NCBI GenBank assembly: GCA_963712115.1
Contig: CAVQGX010000037.1
Span: forward strand, 32,001 to 96,000
Origin: an uncultured delta proteobacterium
GTDB taxonomy: Bacteria; Desulfobacterota; Syntrophobacteria; BM002
Reading direction: 5' to 3'
DNA: 64,000 nucleotides
Shown here: piece after piece, positions 1-8,740 of the stretch
How positions within the stretch are numbered: position 1 is the first letter of the stretch
Layout of the letters: each line of letters opens with the position of its first letter
Notes under the pieces: model-generated
What the model saw: only the letters and a program-made list of their open reading frames with translations
Database searches by the model: none
Told to the model about the DNA's origin: nothing
Position numbers and translations under genes: made by a program

Positions 1-55
1 GTTTTTGGAACTTAACTGAGAGCATGAGAGGGTAGGGGAAGAGGGCCACAACAAG

Positions 56-370
56 ATGATCTACGACGATAGACGAACATACCCCAGAGCCGAGGTAAAA
101 TGGCCTGTTTCCGCAGTTACACCTGAGGGGACCATCCATGGCGAGACGAAGAATCTCAGCATGTTGGGGGCTTTTATCTGCTGTCCTCAACCTCTGAGAT
201 TAAATGAAATAGTGGCATTGACCATCAATATCCCGGACACGGAGCACTCACTCACAGTTAGGGCACAAGTGGTGTGGTCAAATGGTTGCGCTTGCGAGGA
301 CGAGGCGAGCCCAAATGGCATGGGAGTCAGGTTCATATGGCATTGCGGAATCCTGACTAACGAGAATTGA
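56..370 (+). CDS. PilZ domain protein
   Basis: RTYPR (RxxxR) and NLSMLG (D/NxSxxG) motifs, C-terminal GMGVRF. Confidence 0.88.
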   Translation: MIYDDRRTYPRAEVKWPVSAVTPEGTIHGETKNLSMLGAFICCPQPLRLNEIVALTINIPDTEHSLTVRAQVVWSNGCACEDEASPNGMGVRFIWHCGILTNEN

Positions 371-404
371 AGCGAGAGGTAGTCATTAACAAAGGATACT
401 CGTC

Positions 405-695
405 ATGACCCTAACAAAAGCAGAAATCGCCGAACAGGTCCACAATCAGGTAGGCCGGAACAAGAAAGAATCCGCGCAAATGGTTGAAGCTCTTTTCGAA
501 ACCATCAAGGAGTCTCTAGAAGAGGGGAAGGATGTCATGATCAGCGGTTTCGGAAAGTTCTCTATCCGTGACAGAGGAGAAAGAAAAGGCAGGAACCCAC
601 TCACTGGCGATGCAATAATGCTACCGGCAAAGAAAGTGGTGACTTTCAGATGCTCTGGAAAACTCAGGGAGAAAATAAACGGGGAAACAAAGTGA
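405..695 (+). CDS. ihfA: Integration host factor subunit alpha (orphan copy)
   Basis: MTLTKAEI start, ISGFGKF, RKGRNPLTG, VVTFR..GKLR IHF/HU signatures. Confidence 0.9.
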   Translation: MTLTKAEIAEQVHNQVGRNKKESAQMVEALFETIKESLEEGKDVMISGFGKFSIRDRGERKGRNPLTGDAIMLPAKKVVTFRCSGKLREKINGETK

Positions 696-753
696 GCCTC
701 TTTTTTGCCTCCTGTGAAAGGTTAAACTGTTCCAGAAAGACGGATAAGGCGAT

Positions 754-1092
754 ATGGTCTTAGGAATCAAGAGCCGCGGGCAGCCTAGAGCCAAAATAAA
801 ATGGCCCGTTTTAATGCAGACCACTAGCGGTTCAATAAGCGGGGAGACCCAGAACATCAGCACCAGTGGTGCCTTCATCTTCTGCCAGGATCCGTCAGGT
901 CTAGAAGACAACTTCCAGATAATTATCAAGGTTCCTCACCGTCAGTCGCTGAGCATATCAGCAAAGGTCGTTTGGAAGACAGCTTCCACAATGAATGACA
1001 AGGCTCCAGGTTCTGGTATCGGCGTCCAGTTCTCAGGAATCTCAGCAGACGATCGGAGGCTTCTCCAAGCCTTGATCGCAAAACACCGATAG
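754..1092 (+). CDS. PilZ domain protein
   Basis: RGQPR and NISTSG motifs, GIGVQF. Confidence 0.85.
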   Translation: MVLGIKSRGQPRAKIKWPVLMQTTSGSISGETQNISTSGAFIFCQDPSGLEDNFQIIIKVPHRQSLSISAKVVWKTASTMNDKAPGSGIGVQFSGISADDRRLLQALIAKHR

Positions 1093-1155
1093 TAACTTGT
1101 GTCCATCCAGAGATTCCGGGTAAACATTAACTAATTCCTCCTATCTTTCATCCCT

Positions 1156-1171
1156 TGGCACCATGTTTGCA
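1156..1171 (+). promoter_or_regulatory. sigma-54 -24/-12 promoter
   Basis: TGGCAC-CATGT-TTGCA matches TGGCAC-N5-TTGCW. Confidence 0.7.
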
Positions 1172-1181
1172 TTAAAACTCC

Positions 1182-1261
1182 AATGAGGTGGGCGTAAAGC
1201 TCACCCATACCATTTCCCTAGTCCCCCATTGGCACAGGAGAGTCGGTGGGGGACTTTTTTT
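1182..1261 (+). ncRNA. Candidate ~80 nt sRNA
   Basis: Starts at the predicted +1 of the sigma-54 promoter; hairpin GGTGGGC/GCTCACC, C/U-rich linker, 13-bp stem terminator plus T7; no ORF. Confidence 0.5.
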
Positions 1262-1461
1262 CCCTGCCAGACCTCACCTTTTCCCCTTGCGCCTAACCTA
1301 GTCTAGCCTGTATATTCCACAAATCTGTTTCGCCAAATATCCGACCAGATTAATACTTCTGAACTCCGCTGCCGAGCTTGCTTCTGCCGGCACCTGGCTC
1401 GAGAAGCAAAGAAAGATTTTCTGAGGGAAAGGGGTGTGAGAACAGTAAGGAGAATATCAAG

Positions 1462-2019
1462 ATGAAAAGGGTTTTAATAATAGTAATATTATTTACTATC
1501 CTCCCTGCCAACACTTTTCCTGCGGTCCAACAAAAGGATCAGCTATTGCAGGCAACAACAGCTGCTTTGGTGGTCCAGTCTCTTCAATTAGGTGATAAAG
1601 CACAACAGTTATTTAGCATAAAGGACGGTCTTCTAAAGATCGTAAGAATAAGAGAAGGTAATCTTACCTCTCAAGAGGATATGATGATTGATGCAGCCAC
1701 AGAGATGAAGTATATTGCTACGGTCGCCTATTTCGAAGGTAATCTATTAGGGGCTGTGTTGGCTTTAAAAAAAGAGTTCAAGTTACATTTTATTAATGAT
1801 CGAATATTGGAACTTGAGAATGCTATAAAAGGTACCATTTCAAGCTTACAAGCTATACAGGTTGCACACTCAAGAATAGAGGAGAGGTCGGCCAGAGGCC
1901 AACTGGATAGATCAATCAAGGCCGTAGGGGAAATACTGGAGATATACAAAAATAGCATTGAGATCTTGCAGAGGATAAAGAAGAAAGAATTTGGCGAAGA
2001 GGAGATAAAACAACCGTAA
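1462..2019 (+). CDS. Hypothetical exported, helical protein
   Basis: AAGGAG RBS before ATG 1462; signal-peptide-like MKRVLIIVILFTILPANT; AT-rich. Confidence 0.7.
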   Translation: MKRVLIIVILFTILPANTFPAVQQKDQLLQATTAALVVQSLQLGDKAQQLFSIKDGLLKIVRIREGNLTSQEDMMIDAATEMKYIATVAYFEGNLLGAVLALKKEFKLHFINDRILELENAIKGTISSLQAIQVAHSRIEERSARGQLDRSIKAVGEILEIYKNSIEILQRIKKKEFGEEEIKQP

Positions 2020-2159
2020 AAAGCCCGATAATGCCCGAGGGAATTGAAATAATTGTAAGGAACCGTTAGGCTAAAAGAGCAACTCAGTATCAAGCAGTCT
2101 TGTATCAATACGATGTGGGTCCTATCTGCCACGAGATCGAGCCTGGAACTAGCAAAGAA

Positions 2160-2750
2160 CCAGGCCTGGAGGACTTGGTCTTGAGCTCCCCCAAGTGAAC
2201 GGCTCAAGGCACAGGGCCTTTGTTAGCCAGCAGCAGGCAGTCGTTTCAACTAGGCACTAGGGACTAAGCACTAGGCACAGCAGGTCGACGCGGGGACCCG
2301 CCCGCCTCGCCTGAAGGCGAAGCCGATGGCGGGCAGGCGCGGAGAAACGGCGAGACGGCGATGAGAGGTCAGAGGACAGACGACAGATGGTTCAAAGTAC
2401 TGAATACCCGCCCGCCTCGCCTGAGCGGCTCGCGATGGCGGGCAGGTCGAACAGCAGAACAAGGAACCGCAGAATGATGAAGTGATCACTTAGATATTGG
2501 AAATTCCTTGTTCGATATTCTGCGGTTCGAAGAGGCGGTAGCTCAGATGAAGTCAATTTTGATTGCTTTTCTCCTGAATTCTGGATTCTGACTCCTGGCT
2601 CCTTGCTCTATGCCCCATGCTCTATGCTCCATGCCCTAGGCCTTACGCCTTATGCCTTAAACCTCTTGGTCCGGCAAAGCCATTGAAACTTGACCTGGCC
2701 CATCGAAGATCCCGCTATGCGGGGAAGGACCAAGTTTTCTTTGCCCAAAT
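2160..2750. repeat. Nested composite repeat (MITE/REP/heptamer mosaic)
   Basis: 2231-2595 nearly identical to 14471-14792; flanks 2160-2218 and 2640-2750 match the reverse complement of ~56928-57128. Confidence 0.85.
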
Positions 2751-2763
2751 AAAGAGGCAGCCC

Positions 2764-2964
2764 ATGAACAGTTACGAAATTCATTTGGCAGGAGACAAGA
2801 GATGCATATTTTGTGGTGCCCAGGGAGATAGTGTGCAGCTTCTGAATACAAGAGCAGAGTGTAAAGGGGGAGTGGAAAGCTATTATTTTCGCTGTGGCCA
2901 ATGCCGGCAGTATTTTGTGGAATACTGGATCAACGGAGAATTGAAGACTGTGCTAGCCTCGTGA
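2764..2964 (+). CDS. Small Zn-finger-like protein (CxxC...CxxC)
   Basis: AAGAGG before ATG 2764; CIFC and CGQC; the longer ORF-track start lies in repeat DNA. Confidence 0.6.
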   Translation: MNSYEIHLAGDKRCIFCGAQGDSVQLLNTRAECKGGVESYYFRCGQCRQYFVEYWINGELKTVLAS

Positions 2965-3042
2965 AGGGGGCCTCAGTGTGGTTCGGGCGAACCCAAGGAA
3001 AAAGATCAGACCCATTCACAAAGCAGTTAACCGTAAAAGGAC

Positions 3043-3273
3043 GTGGGGATGGCGAAGCTCAATAAGATCGCCCTGGGGTTAATAACAGAGCTGGAGTCTA
3101 TTCGGGATGAGTTGGGCTCAGCACTGGACAACATAGAAGGCAAAGGTAAAACTGACGTTATTCATGCACATGGCCGTCTTGCAGACTTGGCAGCAAATGT
3201 CACTCTTCTGGTCGGGCAGTTCAGCCTAAAGAATTTGGCCAAATTCATCAGGGGGAGGACAAAAAGGGGATAG
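3043..3273 (+). CDS. Hypothetical protein
   Basis: AAAGGA RBS; amphipathic helical 76-aa ORF filling the gap. Confidence 0.55.
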   Translation: MGMAKLNKIALGLITELESIRDELGSALDNIEGKGKTDVIHAHGRLADLAANVTLLVGQFSLKNLAKFIRGRTKRG

Positions 3274-3345
3274 CCTGCCGAAGAGTTCAGGATGACATTG
3301 AGTAGGTTGCGGATGGAAAGCAACTAAAGAAAAGGAGGAGAGCCG

Positions 3346-4419
3346 ATGAAAGCAGTAGTCTACGAAGAATATGCCCCGGATGATGATTTTAAGCGGATTC
3401 TGAAGGTGAAAGAAATTGACGAGCCCAAACCGAAGCCCAATCAAGTGGTTTTCCAGGTAAAGGCAGCAGCGCTCAACTACAACGACATCTGGGGAATGCG
3501 AGGAACGCCCATTCCAGTACCCTTGCCCCACATTTCGGGCTCGGACGCAGCAGGGGAAGTGATTGCTGTAGGGGAAGATGTAAAGCAGATTAAAGTTGGA
3601 GACAGGGTTGTGTCTCACTCAAACATGTCCTGCAGGGTTTGTGCGGCCTGCACCGATGGTCGGGAGTTCGATTGCAGGTACAGGACCATTTGGGGTTTTG
3701 AGACAGGGCCGCTGTGGGGGGGATTTTCCGAAGTCACCTATCTCCCCGAGGTAAATGTCATAAAGATACCGGATAAGGTGAGCTACGACGAGGCTGCGGC
3801 AGCTTCGATGACCTTGCTCACTTCCTGGCACATGCTGGTTGGGAGAGCCAAGATCAAACCCGGACAGACCGTGCTGGTCATGGGGGGCGGCAGTGGTGTG
3901 GGAAGTTTTGGCATCCAGATTGCCAAGCTTTACAACTGCACGGTAATCGCCACAGCCAGCGGGGATAAGTTGGACAAGTGTCTAGAACTCGGGGCAGACT
4001 ACGCCGTGGATCACAGGAAGGAGGACTGGCCCAAGCAAGTGAGGGCCATAAGCAAGGAAATTGGCCAGAAAACCGGTGTGGTTCCTGGCATAGACGTCTC
4101 TTTTGACCACATTGGCGAGACCCATTTTAACCAGCAGCTGACTCTGCTCAAGTATGGTGGAACTCTGGTCCAGTGCGGGGCAACAACGGGCTATGACGCC
4201 AAGGCCGACCTCAGGCACATTTTCTTTAAGGGTACAAACATACTTGGCTCAAGCCAGGGAACCAAGGCCGAGGTAGAACAGGGATTCTACTGGATGTCCC
4301 AAGGAAAGATAAAGGCTGCCATAGACTCCGTATACCCCTTTGAAAAAGCGGCAGAGGCTCACACAAAGATGCTTACAGGCAAAGGGTTGTTCGGCAAGAT
4401 CCTCTTGAAGCCAGAATGA
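3346..4419 (+). CDS. Zinc-binding dehydrogenase (MDR family, enoyl-reductase/quinone oxidoreductase-like)
   Basis: PHISGSDAAG, structural-Zn CRVCAAC...C, GGGSGVG nucleotide-binding motif, strong RBS. Confidence 0.92.
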   Translation: MKAVVYEEYAPDDDFKRILKVKEIDEPKPKPNQVVFQVKAAALNYNDIWGMRGTPIPVPLPHISGSDAAGEVIAVGEDVKQIKVGDRVVSHSNMSCRVCAACTDGREFDCRYRTIWGFETGPLWGGFSEVTYLPEVNVIKIPDKVSYDEAAAASMTLLTSWHMLVGRAKIKPGQTVLVMGGGSGVGSFGIQIAKLYNCTVIATASGDKLDKCLELGADYAVDHRKEDWPKQVRAISKEIGQKTGVVPGIDVSFDHIGETHFNQQLTLLKYGGTLVQCGATTGYDAKADLRHIFFKGTNILGSSQGTKAEVEQGFYWMSQGKIKAAIDSVYPFEKAAEAHTKMLTGKGLFGKILLKPE

Positions 4420-4437
4420 TCTCGAACTCAAAAGGTA

Positions 4438-4790
4438 GCATGGAGCATAGGGCACGGGGCATGGAGTCTTGTCAATTAGTTGATTAGAGAATTAGTTAAT
4501 TCGTTAAAAGCGTTAAAACCGTTGAATTCGCCTGCCCGCCATCGCGAGCCCTATCGGCATTGCGAGGCTTCAGCCGAGGTGGACGGGCCGCTCAGGCGAG
4601 GCGGGCGGGTTGAAACCGTTCAATTCGCAAGACTCACTTGCAATTTGAAGGCTCCTACCTATTACAACGAATGACAGCGAAGCGTAGTGACCTAATGACG
4701 GCAAAGCCAAAATGACGTGAAGCTCGATCAGAGTGAAGCAGTGGTGCCTAGTGCTTAGTTCCTAGTGCCTAGTTGAATAGCTGCTCGCTG
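4438..4790. repeat. Mosaic of short tandem repeats and REP-like palindromes
   Basis: GCATGGA-type heptamers, AATTAGTT octamers, CGTTAAAA units; 4670-4708 recurs at 14062-14100 and 22443-22481; 4744-4790 is the reverse complement of ~14471-14518. Confidence 0.8.
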
Positions 4791-4809
4791 AATAAGACCG
4801 GCCAATGGG

Positions 4810-5160
4810 CTAAGATTTGCGAGAATGTTCCGCCGTAAGGGTTGCTTCTCTTCCCTCAGGGGCAGGGGCAGACACCCTGATCGTGTAGTTTTTGCCAATT
4901 CTGACAATGTCCCCGTCGCAGAGCTCAGCTGACATCACTCTTTTGCCGTTAACAATAGTGCCGTTCTTACTTCCTTGGTCAGAGACAAGTATTTTTCGCC
5001 CCTTTACTGCAATGGTCGCATGGAGGCGGGACACGGTCATGTCCTTGAGAACGATGTCATTTCCGTGGACGCGCCCAATGGTTAGATTAGCTCCATCGGC
5101 GAGAGAATACTCTTTCAGGACAAGGTCTTGCAGGGTCAGTTCCAGCTTGAACGTACTCAT
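4810..5160 (-). CDS. FHA domain protein
   Basis: IGR...NDIVL...VSRLHA...DQGSKNGTIVNG FHA signature. Confidence 0.92.
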   Translation of the reverse strand: MSTFKLELTLQDLVLKEYSLADGANLTIGRVHGNDIVLKDMTVSRLHATIAVKGRKILVSDQGSKNGTIVNGKRVMSAELCDGDIVRIGKNYTIRVSAPAPEGREATLTAEHSRKS

Positions 5161-5406
5161 TTTCCGATCCGATCGATTTGGTTTGCCATAGCAACCGATG
5201 CAACGATTATACCGCAGCAGAGGTTGCTGAGCGGATGCAAGTGCGGTGAGTTACTTTCTTGTAGATTGGATCGGGTATTTTGTCAATTAGCCAAATCTTG
5301 CCTTGTTCACTCTCTCTGAGATGCTCAAAGGGCTTAACGGGTTGACTAATTGGGATTTGAGATGTAGCTTACCCTCCAAGAGAAACCCCTTGACCCGACC
5401 AATCAG

Positions 5407-5931
5407 ATGAGCTGGAAAAAATCAAGATTTATCTCTGTAATGGTTTTTTTATCGCTGGTCATGGCCGCATTTTTCAGTGGCCATGCTTTTGCGGATGCTT
5501 TTGTCGACAGGCTGGTTAAGTTTGACGGCAAATTATTGAAAGGAAAACTGGACCAAGATGACAATCTTGAGTTTCTTGGACAAGGAAAATGGGAGTCACC
5601 GGTTAAGCTTAGATTCAGTCTATTTGTGCGGGCGCATTTCGAATTGGTCCCCTTCATTGAAACAGAGACTCGGGGAATATTGGGTGAATACGCCGTTACT
5701 TTTACTGTAGTCCCGAAGACAAGGCGCGCTTCTTACCAAAATCTTAGGTTCAAGATTTTAACCAGTACGGGGAGCGAGATAGTCAGTAGTGGTGTGGCTG
5801 CACCGAACGGTTCGGGGTGGGTGATAGGAATAGCAACTGACGAGAAGCCTTTTGACATACACGTCTCATACACAACGGAAAGGGGACGGGAGCTAACCCC
5901 TGTCCCTTCAGAGGGTAGCGATCCTTCTTGA
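5407..5931 (+). CDS. Hypothetical exported protein
   Basis: Signal peptide ending HAFA; 174-aa ORF. Confidence 0.65.
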   Translation: MSWKKSRFISVMVFLSLVMAAFFSGHAFADAFVDRLVKFDGKLLKGKLDQDDNLEFLGQGKWESPVKLRFSLFVRAHFELVPFIETETRGILGEYAVTFTVVPKTRRASYQNLRFKILTSTGSEIVSSGVAAPNGSGWVIGIATDEKPFDIHVSYTTERGRELTPVPSEGSDPS

Positions 5932-5970
5932 CTAAGCCCGGATATTTCATGAATCGCCTGCTGTGCTTTG

Positions 5971-6111
5971 TTGGCTAATAGACCAAATAGACTTTGGCCT
6001 TTTGGCCAGATTTGGCATTTTGACCAACCCGCCTGATCTTGTCTACTGGATTTAAGTAGCTGTATCTAATAAACTTGTCGACTTTTTCTCTCTTTTGGCA
6101 TTTTCCCTGCG
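5971..6111 (+). promoter_or_regulatory. Three TTGGC-N6-RCCAA palindromes (putative activator sites) plus a sigma-54 promoter
   Basis: TTGGCTAATAGACCAA 5971, TTGGCCTTTTGGCCAG 5994, TTGGCATTTTGACCAA 6012; TGGCAT-TTTCC-CTGCG 6096-6111. Confidence 0.55.
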
Positions 6112-6165
6112 AATACAATCAAATCCAAAAGGTGGGTTGGCAACCTCCTCTCCACCTTATAGCCC

Positions 6166-6209
6166 GCCCCCATCAGCTAAGTGAGTCCGGCTTGATGGGG
6201 GCATTTCTT
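6166..6209 (+). terminator. Terminator-like hairpin in the PilZ leader
   Basis: GCCCCCATCA/TGATGGGGGC 10-bp stem followed by ATTTCTT. Confidence 0.55.
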
Positions 6210-6287
6210 GAGATACCGCATTTTGTTGTTCATCGAACAACCGAGGCCTATTTGATAAAGACCAAAGAGAAAACAAAGGGGTGATTA

Positions 6288-6707
6288 ATGGCAGAAAATC
6301 AACGGGGATATCCTAGGGCCGACATCAAGTGGCCAGTTGTGGTAAAGAGCGATAAGAGAACCATGGAGGGGGTAACCTCGAATGTCACCCCCAACGGAGT
6401 GTTTATCCACTGCCAACAACCATTGAGACTAAATGAAGTTTTTGATATGGACATTAGCATTCCCGGTTCAGACCAATCCCTGAAAGCAAGAGCGGAAGTT
6501 ATCTGGTCTAACAGATACGGTCCGAATGATGATATTTCGCCTCGAGGCATGGGTGTGAGATTCCTCAGAATCTCCAGCGAGGCCCGCAGATTTATAGCCA
6601 GAGCAGCGATGGATTACCTGAAGTCAAAAAAGGTCGCACCAGAGCTGCTGCAGACCCTGAGCACTTTGATGATAGACCTTAACGAAGTAGAGTCAAAGGT
6701 CGCTTGA
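6288..6707 (+). CDS. PilZ domain protein
   Basis: RGYPR, NVTPNG, PRGMGVRF; close paralog of 11851-12243. Confidence 0.88.
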   Translation: MAENQRGYPRADIKWPVVVKSDKRTMEGVTSNVTPNGVFIHCQQPLRLNEVFDMDISIPGSDQSLKARAEVIWSNRYGPNDDISPRGMGVRFLRISSEARRFIARAAMDYLKSKKVAPELLQTLSTLMIDLNEVESKVA

Positions 6708-6732
6708 GGGAAGGGTAGTACCTGAGGGTTAT

Positions 6733-8136
6733 TCAAAAATAACTCGATCCGTCCCAGCAGTGGGTGCACAACCTTTTTTTGGGTAGACCGATGGCACCCA
6801 CCAGGTCCTCCAACTTCTGATACTGCAGGGAGGTCAGACGCAGACGCTCTTTGATTCTATCAATCATCTGTGAAAATTTCTGAGATCCAGGAAGAAGATA
6901 TTCATCCATATTTATGTCTTCCCTGCCCTCTATCTCCTTGATGACGCTTCGCCCGGCAAGGTCCAATGTTGATCGGGAGGTGGAGAAGTTAAGAAACTCA
7001 CAGGGGAAGATCAAGGTGGGACATGCGGGTCGCATGTGGACTTCCAGTGCGCCGTAGTCGAACAATATCTGAATGTTGTCCTTCAGTTGGGTCCCCCGCA
7101 CAATTGAATCCTCACAAAAGAGAATCCTTCTGCCCTCTATCATGGATCTTATGGGGATCAGTTTCATCTTGGCCACAAGATCTCTCACGTCCTGGTTCTG
7201 AGGCATAAAACTTCTGGGCCATGTGGGGGTGTATTTAACAAATGGCCTCAGGTAAGGTATTTTTCTCTCGTTGGCATAGCCGATGGCGTGACCTATCCCA
7301 GAGTCCGGAATCCCGGCGACGAAATCTATCTCGACCTGGTCATTTCCAGCAAGTGCCGAGCCGCATCTGTTGCGCACCGACTCAACATTTATTCCTTCAT
7401 AATCAGTGGCAGGGTAACCGTAGTAAACCCAGAGAAATGCGCAAATCTGCATCTTCTTACCGGGCTTGTTGCGTTGTTCATAGCCGTCTGCCGTAAGCAA
7501 GATGGTTTCACCGGGTCCCAAGTGAGTTACCACTTCATAGCCGAGGTTCGGAAAGGCGCATGATTCTGAGGCTACGGCAAAAGCACCATTCTTTTTGCCT
7601 ATTACCAGGGGGGTTCTTCCCAGCTTGTCTCTGGCAGCGTACATGCCTTCATCTGTGAGAAGGAGCATGGAACATGAACCCTGGATAGCTTCCTGGGCAT
7701 TTCTTATGCCGTCCTCAATGGTGTTCTCTTCGCAAATTAGGGTGGAAGCCAGCTCCGTGGGGTTTATCACCCCGCCGCTGGTTTCCAGAAAATGCATCTT
7801 TTTCCGGAGCGCTCTTTGCTCGAGTTCCTCTATGTTGTTAATTTTGCCGACGGTGACGATGGCGAATGTCCCCAAGTGCGATCCGATCATCAGTGGCTGA
7901 GGATCATTGTCACTGATGACTCCAATACCGCTATTTCCATGAAATTTCGGCAGAACAGGCTCGAATTTTGCTCTGAAATAGTTTTTTTCGATGTTGTGAA
8001 TGGATCTGTTGAACCCGGTGGAGCCATGCACTGCAAGTCCCCCTCGTCTAGTGCCGAGGTGTGAATGGTAATCCGTCCCGTAAAAAAGGTCATTAACGCA
8101 GTCGTCCCTCGCGACAACCCCAAAGAGCCCACCCAT
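6733..8136 (-). CDS. purF: Amidophosphoribosyltransferase-like protein lacking the N-terminal catalytic Cys
   Basis: GIPDSG, EDSIVRGT PRPP loop, C-terminal CTHC; begins MGGLFG rather than MCG. Confidence 0.85.
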   Translation of the reverse strand: MGGLFGVVARDDCVNDLFYGTDYHSHLGTRRGGLAVHGSTGFNRSIHNIEKNYFRAKFEPVLPKFHGNSGIGVISDNDPQPLMIGSHLGTFAIVTVGKINNIEELEQRALRKKMHFLETSGGVINPTELASTLICEENTIEDGIRNAQEAIQGSCSMLLLTDEGMYAARDKLGRTPLVIGKKNGAFAVASESCAFPNLGYEVVTHLGPGETILLTADGYEQRNKPGKKMQICAFLWVYYGYPATDYEGINVESVRNRCGSALAGNDQVEIDFVAGIPDSGIGHAIGYANERKIPYLRPFVKYTPTWPRSFMPQNQDVRDLVAKMKLIPIRSMIEGRRILFCEDSIVRGTQLKDNIQILFDYGALEVHMRPACPTLIFPCEFLNFSTSRSTLDLAGRSVIKEIEGREDINMDEYLLPGSQKFSQMIDRIKERLRLTSLQYQKLEDLVGAIGLPKKRLCTHCWDGSSYF

Positions 8137-8265
8137 TATCTGCTCCTATTTTTCTGGTGACGGCCGGCAGAAATCTCAGTAAGGAACAAAATGTCTACCA
8201 TAACCGGAGAAATATTGCACTAGTCTTGTTGAGAAAGAAGAGAGGGCAGGCCTGCAACGGTTCTC

Positions 8266-8492
8266 TAACCCGGATATCTCATGAATCACCTGCTGCGACC
8301 ACGGATATGGCCGTCCTTCTCTCCGAGCTGTAGGCTCTCCGAGCCGGAAGCCTGGCGTCCTCGGGTGTCGGCCCCTGCGACGTACCATCCAGGTACGCCT
8401 CGGAACCAATCCCGCGGTACCGCGGGACGGTTGCCAGGTGGCACGACCATCTTCGCGGTCTCGCGACAGCAATTCATGAAATATCCGGGTTA
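8266..8492. mobile_element. MITE-like element with 21-bp terminal inverted repeats
   Basis: TAACCCGGATATCTCATGAAT / ATTCATGAAATATCCGGGTTA (20/21 match); internal palindromes; non-coding. Confidence 0.8.
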
Positions 8493-8675
8493 AGCTGCTC
8501 CTGCTAGATCTTTTGGTTCAAAATATTGGCACTTGACGCAGATGGCCCGGGCCTCCCTTTGCAGCACTATGGCATGGAGGCCGGAAAAGCTGGCGGGTAT
8601 ATCTCGTTTCACCGTCTCAAGATCTTGGCATAGCGGGTAATGCCTACAATCTGCGGGTCTCTTGGAGTCTACCAT
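8490..8675 (-). CDS. Small Cys-rich protein (C-x5-C ... CxxC)
   Basis: GGAGG RBS; sigma-54 promoter directly upstream; 61 aa. Confidence 0.65.
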   Translation of the reverse strand: MVDSKRPADCRHYPLCQDLETVKRDIPASFSGLHAIVLQREARAICVKCQYFEPKDLAGAA

Positions 8676-8724
8676 GGCATGCCTCCGTTCTCATGGTAGT
8701 TCATCCCCCCCAATGTGTAACCGC

Positions 8725-8740
8725 TGCAAACTCAATGCCA
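8725..8740 (-). promoter_or_regulatory. sigma-54 promoter
   Basis: Minus strand TGGCAT-TGAGT-TTGCA. Confidence 0.65.

Noticed and set aside
2271-2763. ORFs 2271-2489(-) and the N-terminal part of 2617-2964
   Set aside because: Translations of repeat DNA (the same pseudo-peptide PYALCLKP..AKPLKLDLAHR appears in 56920-57165)
4480-4674. 64-aa ORF
   Set aside because: Lies wholly within a tandem-repeat/REP mosaic
6122-6209. c-di-GMP-I (GEMM) riboswitch before PilZ
   Set aside because: The GGCAAAC...GAAA...GACGCAAAGC core is not present
8176-8493. Three overlapping ORFs
   Set aside because: Largely inside the 8266-8492 MITE; Arg/Pro-rich translations with no protein-like pattern
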